From NCBI GenBank assembly GCA_012026655.1, contig JAAILG010000047.1, positions 1-64,000 of the forward strand: 64,000 bases of DNA, given 5' to 3'. The position numbers and the translations under genes were made by a program. This DNA is from Hydrolagus affinis (Eukaryota). The stretch's first letter is position 1; each line of letters opens with the position of its first letter. Of this stretch, positions 12,793-27,500 are shown one piece after another. Under the pieces are notes generated by a model. That model worked only from the letters and a program-made list of their open reading frames with translations. It was not told the origin of the DNA and did not search any database.

Positions 12793-15560
12793 AGATACTT
12801 TCATATATAGTATATGAAAACACTATTTCGAATCATGCAATGCTGAATATAATAAATACAATAAATGTTAAATATAACAAACGGTAGATTGATTAAATAG
12901 CACTACTGCATAAGCTTTGGGTTTTTGTGAAATTTAAGCATTATTATTAAATTCTTGTTTTTTTTAAAAAAAATAGCCAAATATCAAAGCATCGGATAGA
13001 GAGCCCTGGATTTCAGCAGGGACCGGGGATTCTTGAGGAATGAAAATGCAAGAAGTTTAGGAAAGTATTATGGAGCACACAAGAATGTTGCTACCCTGCC
13101 AAAGTACTTGCGTGATTTAACCTTTAATATTGTATCGTTTCATTTGATTTCTTCGTTTGCGTTCTTTTATATGTCTCTCTCTTAACTCATACCATCTGGT
13201 TGAAAGTGTTCTTCGTTATGAATGGAGCAGGAGCTTACCCAAACTGCTTGCTGCAATTTGAAACAGCTCTACAATCATAAGGTTTATAACAACTGAGTAA
13301 TGTGGATAACCTCAGTCTCTGAGGGGCGGAAAAAAGCACTCTCAACCTGCAGTACTCAAGGGACAGAGGTTGAGAACTGGGATGCTATTTTGGAACATTA
13401 CATCACATGTTCCATCAACTAATGATTCTTGAACGAAGCCTTAGTTTTAAAAGCTAAATTCCAATGTCAGACAAACTGCAGTCACACAATACAGTACTTT
13501 ACTGTTAAATTCTAAATAATCCCATGCTAGTGTGAACTCAGTGTGTGTACATTCTTTTCCTTTGTGGTCTTACATATCATATTTGGTTCAATCAATGTGT
13601 TTTTGAACCAAATAGCAGATATTGAATAAAAATACTCATGTTCTACAAAGGTGGTAAAGGTTACAGCAAATGCAAGGATTTTTATTATTATACAGGGATA
13701 ACATATTCTTATTTTACCTTTTATTTTCATTAATCAAGTACCGGTAAGTATATTATGAGCCTGCTTGATTGAACATCTATCTCTAGTTTGCTTAGAAAGT
13801 CAATGAAAGTAACTAGTGTACATTGCATGAGTATAGTATTTTTAAAAGATCATTGTTATTGTTGTATTTTTTTATATCCCAACACCACATACCACACTGA
13901 TACCATTTCCAAGAGGGATGAATCAACCCACCTATGCTACCTGCAAAAGCACCATCAAACCCACTCCTGTAATTGTACAGATGAAATTGTTTCCTTTTGG
14001 GCCATATTTTGCTCAACGTCACTCATAGCAATGCTACGAAGATCAGCATTTGACTACCACGGTTTGGTGGAGATGTAGCAAAGCAAGTCGCAGAATTTTT
14101 CTTTATTGAGATAGTGGAAGAAATCACACAACACATCTTAAGCGTTTCTTTTATATTCTACATGTTTGTGGGTCATTGCTGTGCACAACTGACTGCCGCG
14201 TTCGTACAGAAAATGCACAGTCAATCCACTTAACAGTATATTAAGTCTCCATGACACGATAAGGCGTCTTATTAAATGCAAGGATTATTATGTTGCTAGG
14301 AAACTTCAACACACTATTATTAACAAAACTATTAGATTCTGGAATACAGTTGACATCTTCATGCTATAGAATTTAACAATAGCAGACCATGCAAGACAAT
14401 CAGACTGAATAATGCAACATTTACAAACACGCCATCTATGATTGATATAACAAATGTGTTCAGAGCATGCTCATTTTTAACATGTATTGTTAATGTGAAA
14501 ATTACTGTGTAACTAAACATTTATCGGCAGGCTCTGCCATTCATACCATTGAATCTAATTGAATCGCAAATATTTATTTCTTGCAATCCATGAACAGATT
14601 CAAACAGTTCATTTAAGCAACTTGCTCACTAACATACCAACAAGAGTTGGGTGATAATTGGTGAGGAGGGAGGAAAGGGTATTATTCAGTAAAAAAAATT
14701 AATTCTTGATAAAGTAAATTCTTCCTTTTTATTTGAAAGGTTGCTTGTAGTTTTGGATCCTTTTCCTAATATAACTATCAAATGAATGAAAGATAGTACT
14801 GTACATGAATTTTGCACCCTTCAACCTTATCATACATTGCAAATAAGTGCAAATTGATGTTGTTAGTGACCGAGTCCCATAGAAAAGATTCCTGCGATAT
14901 CAAACATTAAAAATTATAATTTGTGTTGCAATGTTTTTCAAAGCTAAATTTGAAATTGTAGGTAAATGTTCAAAATGACAATTAGTATCTGCTTGATACT
15001 AAGAATAATTAATCGGATTCAATTATAAAAAATGTCTTATCACTAATTTGCCACAACCATTTTTACAATCCCACTGCTCTTCTGCTGAGGGAAAGAAAAG
15101 TGGAGGGCCAAATTCCAGTGTAATCCCCATGCAATTAATTGGTTTGGTATAATTTTTCACAAAATATACCTTCTTTCTGAGAAACCGACACTGTGGTACA
15201 GTCCCTTCATTATTTCTTTAGGATGTTTTATTTGTGCCATTGGATTGAAGACTGGGTGACATGTTTTCCCCTCACTTTTTATTAGATAACTTTGATACTA
15301 GTATCGATACACAATTAAAATGTGGAATAAATCTGAATGTTTTGAAGAGGGATTTTAAAGTAAGCTGTACATACAATCTGTATTTTAAAATTTCTATTCT
15401 GATTTCTTTCATAAAGCTGGACACTAAACCATTGTACCATTGAAAAAAATTTGAATAGTAAAATACTTTAACAATGATAAATACGATTCAAATATATTTA
15501 AGTACCAATGGAAACCAAATCTGATCATATTCTATGTTCTTTACTGAGCATTTGATTGAT

Positions 15561-18500
15561 TCAAGGATTTAACAAGCCTGGTGCAGTCCAGAGTTGACTG
15601 TCTTCAGCTGGAAAAGACGCATTTTTAATTTCTTCCGTCTGTGGTTCATTGCATTCTTTCTCTTCAAGCCACCATGTAATCATTTCTCCTTTACCCTGAA
15701 AAAGAATACAGTGCCTGGTGACTTATGTTAAAATGTATTTGAAACATGAAACCTTAGTTAAGTTGGGTTAATGTTCTTGTGGCATTCTTGAGGTTATTCC
15801 CCCATTTTTACTCTCATGTTAGCATTCTTTCCCCTGTAAAGGGATGAGCTGTGGTATTCATGAAAAGGGATATTGTTTTATAGGGCCCCATTTCCTGGAG
15901 GCCTAACTGCTTTGTACTTTGCCAGTGCAAGCGGAGGCCAAATGTTTTTCTTTACTACTGGCTTCTCAGTTTGCGAATTGTTTACTTATGTCTTTCTGTG
16001 AAAGAGATGGGGTTCTGACTATAATTCAGGAGGACAACTGCTTCGCAAGCCTCTCTTAACAATCAAGAGAAAATGTCAATACTCTGCACAGAACCACATG
16101 AAAAGTATCTTTTCAGATAAAAATACATTGTATAAATAAATGCTTCAACTTGAGCTGATTGAAATATGTGGATGGAGCGTGGTTTGAGGTGGAGAGAGCA
16201 CTCAGACAAACTGCAGTCAGACAATATTACACAATAAAAATATAACGTAACGCAGATTGAAATAGATATAACATAATTGATAATAATCTTTGCAGATTTC
16301 AAAATACACACGTGGTACCCAGTTACCCAATAGTAACTGGGTACCATATGTGTACTTTGGAATAGTAAATGGTGAAATTAAACAGCATACATCCAGTTTT
16401 TAGACAGCTGAACCTTCTAGTCATTTGAAGTGATACCCATCTGTGTTCACTCTGAGTGCAGTATGTAGTTATAGTCCTCTGGGATAAACCTCTAAATGCA
16501 ACTTGCCAAATTACTGAAGCATTGATATGGTTTGCAAATTTGGCCCAAGAATTGGTTTCAACAGGATATTGTTGCTTTGAGGAGCTAGATAGAGAGAGAC
16601 AATTATCTATTTCTTATATAGAAGTCTCAGGAATTGTTTACACCTATGCCAAGTTGTTACTATTCCATGAACTTTGGAGGAGATTTTTAAAAAATTAAAT
16701 GTATCTCAATGCAAATGTTAAATTTTAACTTTAAAAAAAAGTAAACTACTTTTATGTAACTTTATTAGATAAAATTGTATATGTATGTCAAAATAAATGG
16801 GAGGGCAATTGTTGTTGTTATCACATCTTTGCGATGTCTCAAAACGCTTCACAGAATATCCTCCCTCTCACACACACCTATATACACACACACAAAACAC
16901 AGAAACTCTCCTGTAGGTACACACTTCTTATTACACACAGACACATAACTTTATCATTGTTTAATTTGTTTCAATATAAAGTGTTATCTAAAAAATATTT
17001 TCACATAGCGAGTTGTTCAGATCTGGAATGCATTGCCTGAAAGGGGGTGGTGGAACCTGATTTGATAATAACTTTTAAGAAAGAAGTAGATAATTATTTT
17101 GGGAGGACAAGTTTGCAGGGCTATGGGGAGAGAGCGGGGAGTAGGATTGATTTGGACAGCTCTTTTCAAAGGAAGGAACTGCCTTATCTCGGTATATTCA
17201 AAATAAACCAGGGTGTAAACATTCAGTGACAAAATGATGGCACTTTCCAATTGTGAAATAAAGATTAGTTTGATACAAATTCACTGCAAGTCATACCTTT
17301 ACATTAAGTGTCCCACGACAAGTGAGGATGTAACCACCAATTTCCTTGAGCAAATCAGAGGTACTGGAACTGCACTGTATTTTTAATGCTATAATGGGAG
17401 GGCATCACAGAAAAAGACAATTATATTAACTGATCTAACATTCACTAAAAATCACAATCTATGATTTTATACAAGCATTCTTAAATAATGCATTTACAAT
17501 TTCTAGGTTTGTCTTCTACCTGGCAACTGTAATTCATGGCCATTGTGGAAAATGAAGACACTAATATGCTGTGAAAATATATAGGCACACAACACATATG
17601 AATTTTTTTTTACTAACGGCTGAAGTAACCTTTGCTGCTATTTCCTTTGCTGTTGAATGACAATCTGATCTGTGTTTATTGAGTGAATAAATCACATATC
17701 TAGCCACTCCTCTGCACCGCCCCAACATTCTAACCTCCTCTCGCCTCACAAAAGTACCCTTTGCCTCCGCTCTACTGGGTCTGGCCTCCTCCTTGTTCCC
17801 CGAATCCTCCATTTCACCGTTGGTGGCCACTAAGCCCGAAGCTTTGGAACTCTATCCCCCACTCTCTTCGCCTCGCCCACTCCTTTCCCATTTTCAGGTC
17901 ACGCCTGAAAACTTTTCTGTTAAACCGCGCCTTTGGTCACCTTTTTCCCCCTCCCCCTGGTTCGGCCCTGGGCTCCGCTTTGTGATGTGCTCTGAGATGC
18001 TGTCGAGCGTGGAGGGAGCTATATAAACCTAGGTTGTTCTTGTTGTTATCGAAAGAACCATCAGAGAATCCTCTCCTGGTTAAGATTGCACTGGAGTTAT
18101 CAAATTCATCAACAAGAAACACAGATTATTGCTGATATTGCTGATATTGTTAGTTTAAAGAAGCTGTACATTCAATGCACGGCAAAAGCAAATTTTGCTT
18201 GTGCTTTGAAGTGTTTTGCTTTGGTGGATTACTTGTTAGCAATGTGACTATGGTACAGTACGTGCTGAGAGTTGGCCTATTTGGTTAGATGACAGAATCT
18301 CAGAAGATTAAGCCACTGCATTGAGAACATCACAACACTAATCTGACTGCAATTAACAGCCAGATAAAATCCTACCCACAGATTCCTGATCCCTCCTGTG
18401 CATTCTGAGGGATTTGTAGATTTTCCTAGGTTTAGAGGTTTGGTTAGAATAAAAAGTATTTCACACATTAGACTAATAAGCATGACTTTTGTATTCCCTG

Positions 18501-21500
18501 TTCCCCCCAAATTAAATTCACTGCAAGTAATATACTAGCAATCAAGAATACATCGGAGTTTTTCTACATAGTAATTGTTCAAAGGTTCAGCTTCATCTCA
18601 TGGCAAAATTGTGACTGGAGTGATAAGATACCACTAGATATGTGCTTTCAACTTTGTCTTTCAGTGAAGATAATTATTTGGTTAGGAATAGGCTGAATAT
18701 TCTAGACAGCGTGGCAAGATGATTAAATACTCCATGAAACACGATGGTTTCTGTGCAGCTGGGACTATAGTTATCTGTGGAGAGCAGCTGGCCAGGTCTG
18801 ACTGATGGAGATTTAACTCTAAATCAATACCGTATTATGGAATCTTACTGGACCACCTTTTCAGAGACGAAGAGGAAAAATATTGCAGTAATTTTCCTCG
18901 GCCGATTAATTATGTAGCATAGAATTCTTGCTAGAGTAGATTATAAATGGTATGCAAGAGGATGGACTGAAGTAACCGTTCCTAATTTCATAATTGTAAT
19001 TAGTGTATACAATCATTATAATAATTCCTTGCATTCAATATAGCGCCTTGTCACAATGTCGAGCGTCTCAAAGCACTTCACGTAATTCACTGTGACTTGT
19101 TGTTGCCGTGTATCTGTAGGCAAATTATATTGCTGTTGAGGATATGAAAGGTTTCTGACTGACTGATCAATTATGAAAACCCTGATATTCACAGAATTAA
19201 TTTCAATTCTTTCCCAGCATCAGCTGCTGCTTCTCTGAAGTGAACAGCATTTAGAGAAAAGATCCGTAGATCTGTATCAACAGAAATAAATAGCCCAGCA
19301 ATCTCCTCTTGTAAAACTCATCTATTGTCCAGGAGATAAAGAGATTCACAAAGCAGTTAACACTTGAATTGCCCCACACCAGCAGCAACTCCTAATTCTT
19401 TCATTATGTGAGAAAAACCAAGGCAACTGCTGGGTTTTCAAGTGGCAGATTGCAAAGGTCAAAACACCAAGTGTTTGCGTGAGCAGATAAGCAGCTTTAT
19501 ATGCTCAGGTGTGTGTTTTTACAATATGCTGTCCAAGGATTAATGTTATTAAAAAGGAATTAAAATACCCATAACCTAATGAGAATTTGTCCTTGTGCTG
19601 AAAGGATCTCTAATGGAAAACCCCCACTAAAAAAAACACCCACACTAATTAGTCACTTAAGTATTCTACCACCAGGTGTACAATTCATTCTTTAATGGGA
19701 AACCTAATTTAGCGACTGACCCAAATTTATTATAAATAACAATAATTAATTTGATATAGCACTTTTCATGTCTTCTCGAAGTCTCAAAGCCTTTCACAGA
19801 AGATACTGAAAAGTGAATTGACTGTATATTTGTGGGCGAAATGCGTTAACCAACTGCACACAGCAGTGTCCCACAAACAGTCACGGACCGAGTGACCAGA
19901 TTATTATTGTTTTTTTAAAGGATTAGTATTATTAAAGCGATCCTCCAATCGATCAATAACCGGGTTCCTACTCATTGCCAGGCAAACAGAGATGTGTGGA
20001 GTAAGGAAACCTGGCCAAGATTTTGCCCTGACGGGAATAGAACCCGGGTCTCTCGTCTGCAAAATACACTCTGTAAGGATCTAAAATCATAGTTAAGCCA
20101 GCAATTAATTCACTGACTCGTATACCTTCACTTGTTGACTCCATCCTCGATGCTGTGTTCACCGTGTCTCCAAACAAGCAGTATCGAGGCATTTTGGTTC
20201 CAACCACACCAGCCACTAAAGGACCTTTTATAGAATCAACGGAGGAAAACACAAAGCGTAAAACCTTTGATGAAAAATTTGGCCAGCCCGTTTAATTCGG
20301 CTGTCAAACTCTGCAGTCATCAGCCGCTGCAAAATTAAAATGATTACCTGAATGAATGCCTGCTCTGATTTTCAACTTGTTGTCTGGCTTGTGTGGAATC
20401 CTGAAGGAGCAGCAGACGTTTACTAAATCCAATGCCATACTTGCAATCTCACCTGCATGGTTTATACCATTTTCGTTAGGTACTCCGGAGACAACCATAT
20501 CTACACAGAGAAGTTGGAAACAAAAATAGAAACAGGTATCAATAAAACAGCAACCACTCTCAGTGCTTTATTTTGTCACTCGTGTGCCCTTTTCTAAGTT
20601 CCTCATTTGGTTGATCATTTTGTTCAGCCACAGCTGGAACAGACTAGATAAGAATACACAATGGCTTATCGGTAGCTGCATTTCAGGCAGTTTCAACCTT
20701 AAACTAGGTGATTGTGGGTTGAATAGGACCAAAACCATCCAAAATTTGGAACAAATCAGAACAAAAGTGTTGCAGAAAGGCCTTAAGGATATTTATGTGC
20801 TTATTGTGTGCTTATTCTGTCTACTGTACTACATATCAGTAAAATAATGTTCCCATCATATTTTAATGACTAAAACTAATGAACATTTTGTTATTTGTCT
20901 ACAACGGCGACCATTTATATTTTTGGTACTGAATACAACAACAAGGAACCCAAGGCTGAGTGTACTGTATCAAAGACATTTGCAGATCACTGGCAGTGAT
21001 TGTATAATGTTGTCCTGATGTTTTCGCTGTTCTCCTTACACTTTGCAATTATAATATGGTTTTCCCATAAATATTCATAAAGATTTAATTTTAATAAGCA
21101 CTAATATGAGCAATTATGATTTAATTTAAATAAAAAACTGTGGGCAGAACAATGCTGCAAGAAATACCACATCATTAATGGCTTCAAATAACTTGAATTC
21201 TTACATTTGTTACTGGATTCTTAATGAAGCAAAATGTAATATACATGAAACTGTCATCGGCAAATAGAAAAAGACAAGTGGTTTAGTGTAGATTAAACAC
21301 TTTATTGAGAGCTTGTCTTCATGCTTTTCAGCTGCGATTTATAATGCGAGTCTATTCCTCACAGAATGATGATCATTGTATTTTTTTTTTAAAAAACGCA
21401 CACAAATCCATCCTGGCTCAAATCGACGAGGCCAAAGGTTAGAACAAACATTAAACCACGTCTTGATTCACTCTAACAGTGGAGTACTGTTGCTGTAATT

Positions 21501-24500
21501 ATAATCTGTTCTTTGTCTATTGTCTATTTGTGCTGGCAAAATGGCTTGTTGTGTGAGATACACCGCTACCATAATATTTTTAAATTTACGATGAGTAGCA
21601 GCCATAGTCATAACAGGTAATATATATATTTGTTTAAATGACTGGATCAATGACTAAGTGAAGATACAGAAGTTAACTGGTGATGATTTTCCTTGGGAGT
21701 GAGGTGCAGAGCAGTGAGGGAGAAATTCATACGGGCTGATGTTTAGACAAAGATTGCCTTCCCTGTTTGGGAGGATGTTAATAATTTCATGATATTATTG
21801 AAAAACAGAAGAGAGTTTTCTCCCGGTGTCCTAGCCAACAATCATCCAATCAATTCACTTTTCAGTATATTCTACGAAGCACGTTGAGACGTCTTGAAGA
21901 CGACGTCTTGATAAGGCGCTATATCAAAAGCAAGAGTTATTATTACATATTATTATCCAAACAAAATTGGTGACTGTTTGTGGCAAATTGCTCCTAACAA
22001 ATTGTCTGTTGTATTTGCCTACAAATACAATACTCTTCACAGAAACTTTGTGAGGATGTTTGAGATGTTCGCGAGGTTATGAGTGCCAGATCAAATGCAA
22101 TCATTATAATTATTATTCTATAAAAAATGAATATTACTCTATTACGTAAGTATCATTCTTCAGAATCCATGTTCTTTTTGAAACAGGTATGCTATGTTAA
22201 TGTATACTTACATGCATCCCCTATTGTTTCAACTTTGTAGACATCATAGTTATCAATTATATCATCAAAGGTAGTGTACAGCTTATTCAGAAAATCCACT
22301 ACCTGGAAAGGAGTGCTGTCACTTGAAATCTGCGTAAATCCAACAATATCACTACAAAAAATGGAAAATCTTGATCAGTAAGGCAAATCTATTTTGATCA
22401 GCTGTAACAGCAATTCTCTCCTATTAACAAAAGTTTTCTATAGCAATGAGAATGAAGTAATTAGTAGATATGTAAGAATGCAAGAATATACAAAGCACAA
22501 AAGTTTGGAGGTATATAGTAATTCAAATTTAACTAATAATTTAAAGTAGTCTTGCATACTGCACAAAAACACAATTCATTATTATAACAACTTGGAAGAA
22601 AACACAAAACCAACAGTTATTATTGTGATTATTCCTACTGTAGTGAATGTATTGGTAATAAAACTTAAAAACTCAAATCAAAGATCTGTTCACCTAACAT
22701 TGTCAGATCTGAGTGAAACTCTGTGTGGCAAGAATTTGTGTTGAATAGAATGTGCAGAATAGCTCATGTAAAATTGAGGCCCGCCACAATAAACCAGAGA
22801 TTTTTTGTTAAAAACAAGAATAATTGGCAGAGATTCTTAATTGGGGCATTTCAGACTGAAAAGGTTTCATGTTTAACAGAGTCAGGAAAAAGAAATTCTT
22901 AAAATGGAACACAATTCTGACATTGATAGCACTGGCACTGACCCAACTGAGTCACGATTTGCATGGCTGCAGCTCAGAGATCAAGGCTGTTCAGATCTCA
23001 TCCCAAGATTATCCGTTGCAATCAAATGCAATAATAGATTGGTCTTGCTGGCCAAGGCAATTCTAAATCTACTCAATAACAGTTATATAGCACTCTCACC
23101 ATTACAACAATGAAATCAGATCACAATGTTTAAATGACATGCCTGAAATACACTGTAGCATTAGAATACGTTTGGGCTTCTGAAGTAGTTCCTTGGCGGA
23201 GATCGTCAGCTACTTGCTTTGGTAACATACCTGGTGATACAAGTAACAGAATAATAAATTCAAAAGAGCTGGTAATTTCTGCAATGCTATTCAGTTGAGG
23301 CTATTGGAGGCCTATTTCCAATGAAGATATCTTACTGTACAAAAGGCAATCTGTCTTTTGTTTTTCCAGGAGCAGATCTTGAGTTCTCTCAGCCACAATA
23401 CTTTCCAAATGTTTACTGTATTTTTCCATCTAGAAATAAACAGAGGACATGTGCTGGTACGTACATTCCTAAAGGTGGAGGGCATGCACCAAGGTTACAT
23501 GATTTTACAATGTCACTCTGGCTTGTCAGAAGTCTTGTTTTGCTTATTTTATTCAGAACGTTGGATAATTAATTTCAGTTGTTCACCAGCATGAAAGCTG
23601 TTGCAACGTATTTCTATGGCAATACTAGAATACACCCTGTAATTATATGCAAGATTTATTTATTATATTTGTATGTAAAAAACACAGAGATTGGATTGAA
23701 AGGAATATTTAAAGCGTTGTCCCTAATGACTAGTCAAGGTAACCTAGTTCTGTTGGGGGAACTTCAATTTTATTAGCTCTTAATCATTACTCATTACTTG
23801 AGTCTGCCAGAGATTTGCGTTTTTTTTTATTTTGGTGAATTTGTAGGCTGAAATTAAGGATTTTTTTTCACTTTCAAATCTCTCCGCCGCCTTGCCCCCA
23901 CCCTACTGTGTCACCTCCCACAACATCTCCACTCAACAAACACTGGTGGCTTACTTCATTGGTGAATGAACTTTCAGCTACTCTGCCTCTGCTATCTGTA
24001 CCTTGTCCCCATTTTAAGACAGCCTCCTGATATGAAGGGTGCTATGTAAATGTTTATTGCCATATTTCTGCCACAGGCAAGAACTTATGAACTAAGACTT
24101 TGCAAAAATGTTCTATACAGTATATTGATATAAAGCATAACTGCAGAGAAAGGCGACTTTCATCTCATTTACTGGAGCTTGGGTTCTTCCCGCTGGATTC
24201 CTGTTAATCCTACAACTCTGGAAGCCAAACCTACAGAGTTTATCAACAGGGCTAAGCTGCATGGGTGTAGAAGCCTGAAGTTGTAGTTTTTTTGAAAAAT
24301 AAATCTGTAATATGGCCTTGTGCACTAAGCTGTAATTTGCTACCAGAGAAATGGAGATGATATATAATTAAATATTGCACAGTCTTAAATTGTACCCTTG
24401 TCACAAGGTTCCAAATGAATGTGATTTATTTACAGTACTTAAAATGTTCAAAGTGCTATTTTGCAGAGAAACTTCCTTGGAAAACAAAATGTTGATGTAT

Positions 24501-27500
24501 CTCACAACAAAGCAGGAAACTGAGCAAATTTTGACCAAAATACACTTACCAGATTCATCATCATGTCAACTGGACTCACTTTGTTAGGGTTCATTCTCTC
24601 GAGCATCTTTTTGACGTGTTCAAATGATGGCCTCAGAGTAGGATTCTGTGCCCAGCACTTTGTCACCAACTAAAAATAGAAAAATCAATTTAAAAGTAGA
24701 CACCTAGATAAATCAACACCCATTACATTCTCCACTTAATTTATAATAATAATCCTTATCATTTTGACACAATGTAAAGCATTGCTAAGATACAATGAGA
24801 AGGTTTATTTTGGATAATCGATAACTGATGCAGTGTAACAATTCAATTTCTGTTCCCACAAACCTTACCTCTATATATTCCTCTTGATTTGGGCAGTCAG
24901 TGTCAGATTTTCTAGCTATAATTTCAGGGATTGGAGGCCGCCATGTCAATTCAAGCTTTTGAAGATCTATATTTTCCTGTAAAATAAATTTATACATATA
25001 TCATTTTTCAAACTTTTGAAATTTCAATCAAATGCTGGAAACTAGATAACATAATCCATCAAAAATTTTGTTTAGAATATATACATACAGGAACAGGGTA
25101 GCAACGTGTCGCAATTTCAACCAATATTATGGAGAAGCTGGAGAATGAAAAACATAGGTAATACATATAACTCATTCTGTTTATTTTAATTAGAAAATAT
25201 GGTTTGATAAAATCATTCAGAAAAAAAACATGAATTTAATCTGTTCATTTGTGTATATCAAGGAAAGTTTGCATTTGAACTTTTAAGCGCTCCGAGACGC
25301 CATCCAGTGTGAAAGGCACTATATAATTATAAGTTGTTGTTGTTGTTAATTCAATTACCTGTATATGTCTGCGGCTGGTGTCATGCTGGAACTGGTGCAT
25401 GAAATAACTTCTGGAGCACAGTAAACACGTCCAGGCTTTATATTGAATAGGTTGGTAAATTCCTCAGAATCTTCTGTTCTGTAGGTTGTTAAACCATAAT
25501 CTTTACAGAATAAAATGAACATCTTGTTAATAAGATCTCTTGTTCCTTGCAGGAGTCTGCAAAGCACTCTAATCTTTTTAAGGTTTATAAATATGAGATT
25601 ACCTGCAATTTTGCAAACCCATCTATCATCGATGACACAGTTTTTTGACTGTAACCGTCCATGATAAATTCTGTGCTGGTGAAGATATGCCATTCCTCGT
25701 GCTGTGTCAGTTGCAAAAGACAATCTAAACAAAACAAAACAGGAGAATGTTTCTCATTTTAAGCATATAATCTGCACTACTTTTAATAATGCTGTCTTAA
25801 TCTCTAACCTAAAAAGAGAACCAATTCCCTCTGCATCAGTGCAAATGTTTCCATTTCCCACAAAATACACTCTCTGAGACCCTGGTTCTCTCCGCGGAGT
25901 GAACTTGACGTCTCAGTGGCAGATTGTGTTGAGTTCTACACATTTACATCGTCAAACCACAGCTATTAAGAAGTAAATCATAACTTCCCAAATATATTCA
26001 CATCGGATTCTTATCGCTGGCACAGAATCAGTAATAATCATCGTTGAATAGTTTCAACAATGTTATCAAGTTATAAAGTGTGTAGGTCAGAAAGCTAAAG
26101 ACAAGGAAGAAACAATGTAGGAGACAACTTTGTGGTCACAAGTTCCATTTAGAAAAACTCAATAAAATGAAAGAAGTAATGCACATTGAACAAGTTGCGT
26201 TATACATTCTCGGAAGAGACTTTGTGTAATAAAGATCATTTTGTAAGTCTGATACTGAATATATAGAATCTGACGTTCAAGCCTTGTTTCAAGCATCATC
26301 CAATCTTTGCCATTTAATACAGAAGGGTAAATTGTGTCTTTATTATTTACCTGAAACCCCAGTTTAATGGTATGTCATCACTATAAAGAACATCAGTCAG
26401 ACTGCCTTTAGGACAGTACTCGGTAATTATGATAACATTGGGGATCTCAACACAACCACCAATAAACTTGCACAGATTTGGATGATCAAGTTCCCTGAAA
26501 AGATCAGAGAGAGAGAGATAGTTGCTGAACACATACCATCATGAACAGGATTAACCGACATCTACAATATTGGCCTAACATATTATTTATATTTTAAAGC
26601 ATGTTTTCATTGAATTTCATGTTAATTTTCTTGATAACACCAAAATAAAGGCAGTTGCTTAAAATAAACAACTTGGTTACATCATCAGGTTCTGGTACTG
26701 TATCTCTATCTCTTTCGATTTCTCTGCAGTAACTAAAATGGTGTTGTGTACCTTACTTGTTTAACCTCTTTCCGAACAGTTTTTGATAGAGCAAATGTTT
26801 TCTTTTGAATACATTTCACAGCCACTAACCGGCCATCACTGCGACAAAAAGGGAAAGAAATGATCAATAACAAAGCATGGAATGAGTCACAGTCATTCAG
26901 CCCATCAAGCTTGCTCCCTATTTAGTTCACGCAAAACAAACCTACAACAACAACCTGCAATTATATAGTGCCCTCCACCTGGGTAGTGTCTTAAAGCACT
27001 CAACACTGGCGGAGGGGAGGAGGGGCAGGGAGATGGCTGATGCACGATTGAAGAGAGGGGGCAAGGCATAGGGATTGAGGGAGAGTGTTCCAGAGTTTTG
27101 GGGCATAGTGGCTGAAAGAGCAACCTACGATGGTGGGGCGAAGGGTGTGAGAGACAAGCAGGAGGCTGGTGCTGGTCGAGCAGAGGCACCAGAGTTGTGG
27201 TTTGGGGAGTGAGCAGGTCGGAGAGGAAGCGAGGTGCTAGGGAGTGAGTGGATTTAAACACAGGTTCCTCATTGAGCCTAATTAAAGAACACCCAATCTA
27301 CATCAGCTCCTGGGATGGATTTTAGCATTGGTGGAAAAATGACCTGCATTCATACATAATACTGTAGTATGTGAAAACGGCGAGTTAACTTACTAAATGC
27401 CAGTCTGTATAAAGTGTTTGAGTGTTGATCCTGGAATATGCGCGTCTGTGGTTATATCAGTCACATGGCTTGCGTTCGAAATTCCGTTTGTTTGTACACT

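Noticed and set aside
11316-12817. Several 60-130 aa ORFs over the GC-rich island
   Set aside because: Low-complexity products of poly-C/G, (CA)n and the 28-bp repeat, with no recognisable domain or splice-consistent coding structure.
24113-24325. ORF with [12 protein letters not shown], vaguely like the cyclase hinge ([11 protein letters not shown]), raising the idea of a decayed or duplicated exon
   Set aside because: The true hinge exon is intact at 23429-23336 with good splice sites. The similarity is short and compatible with chance.
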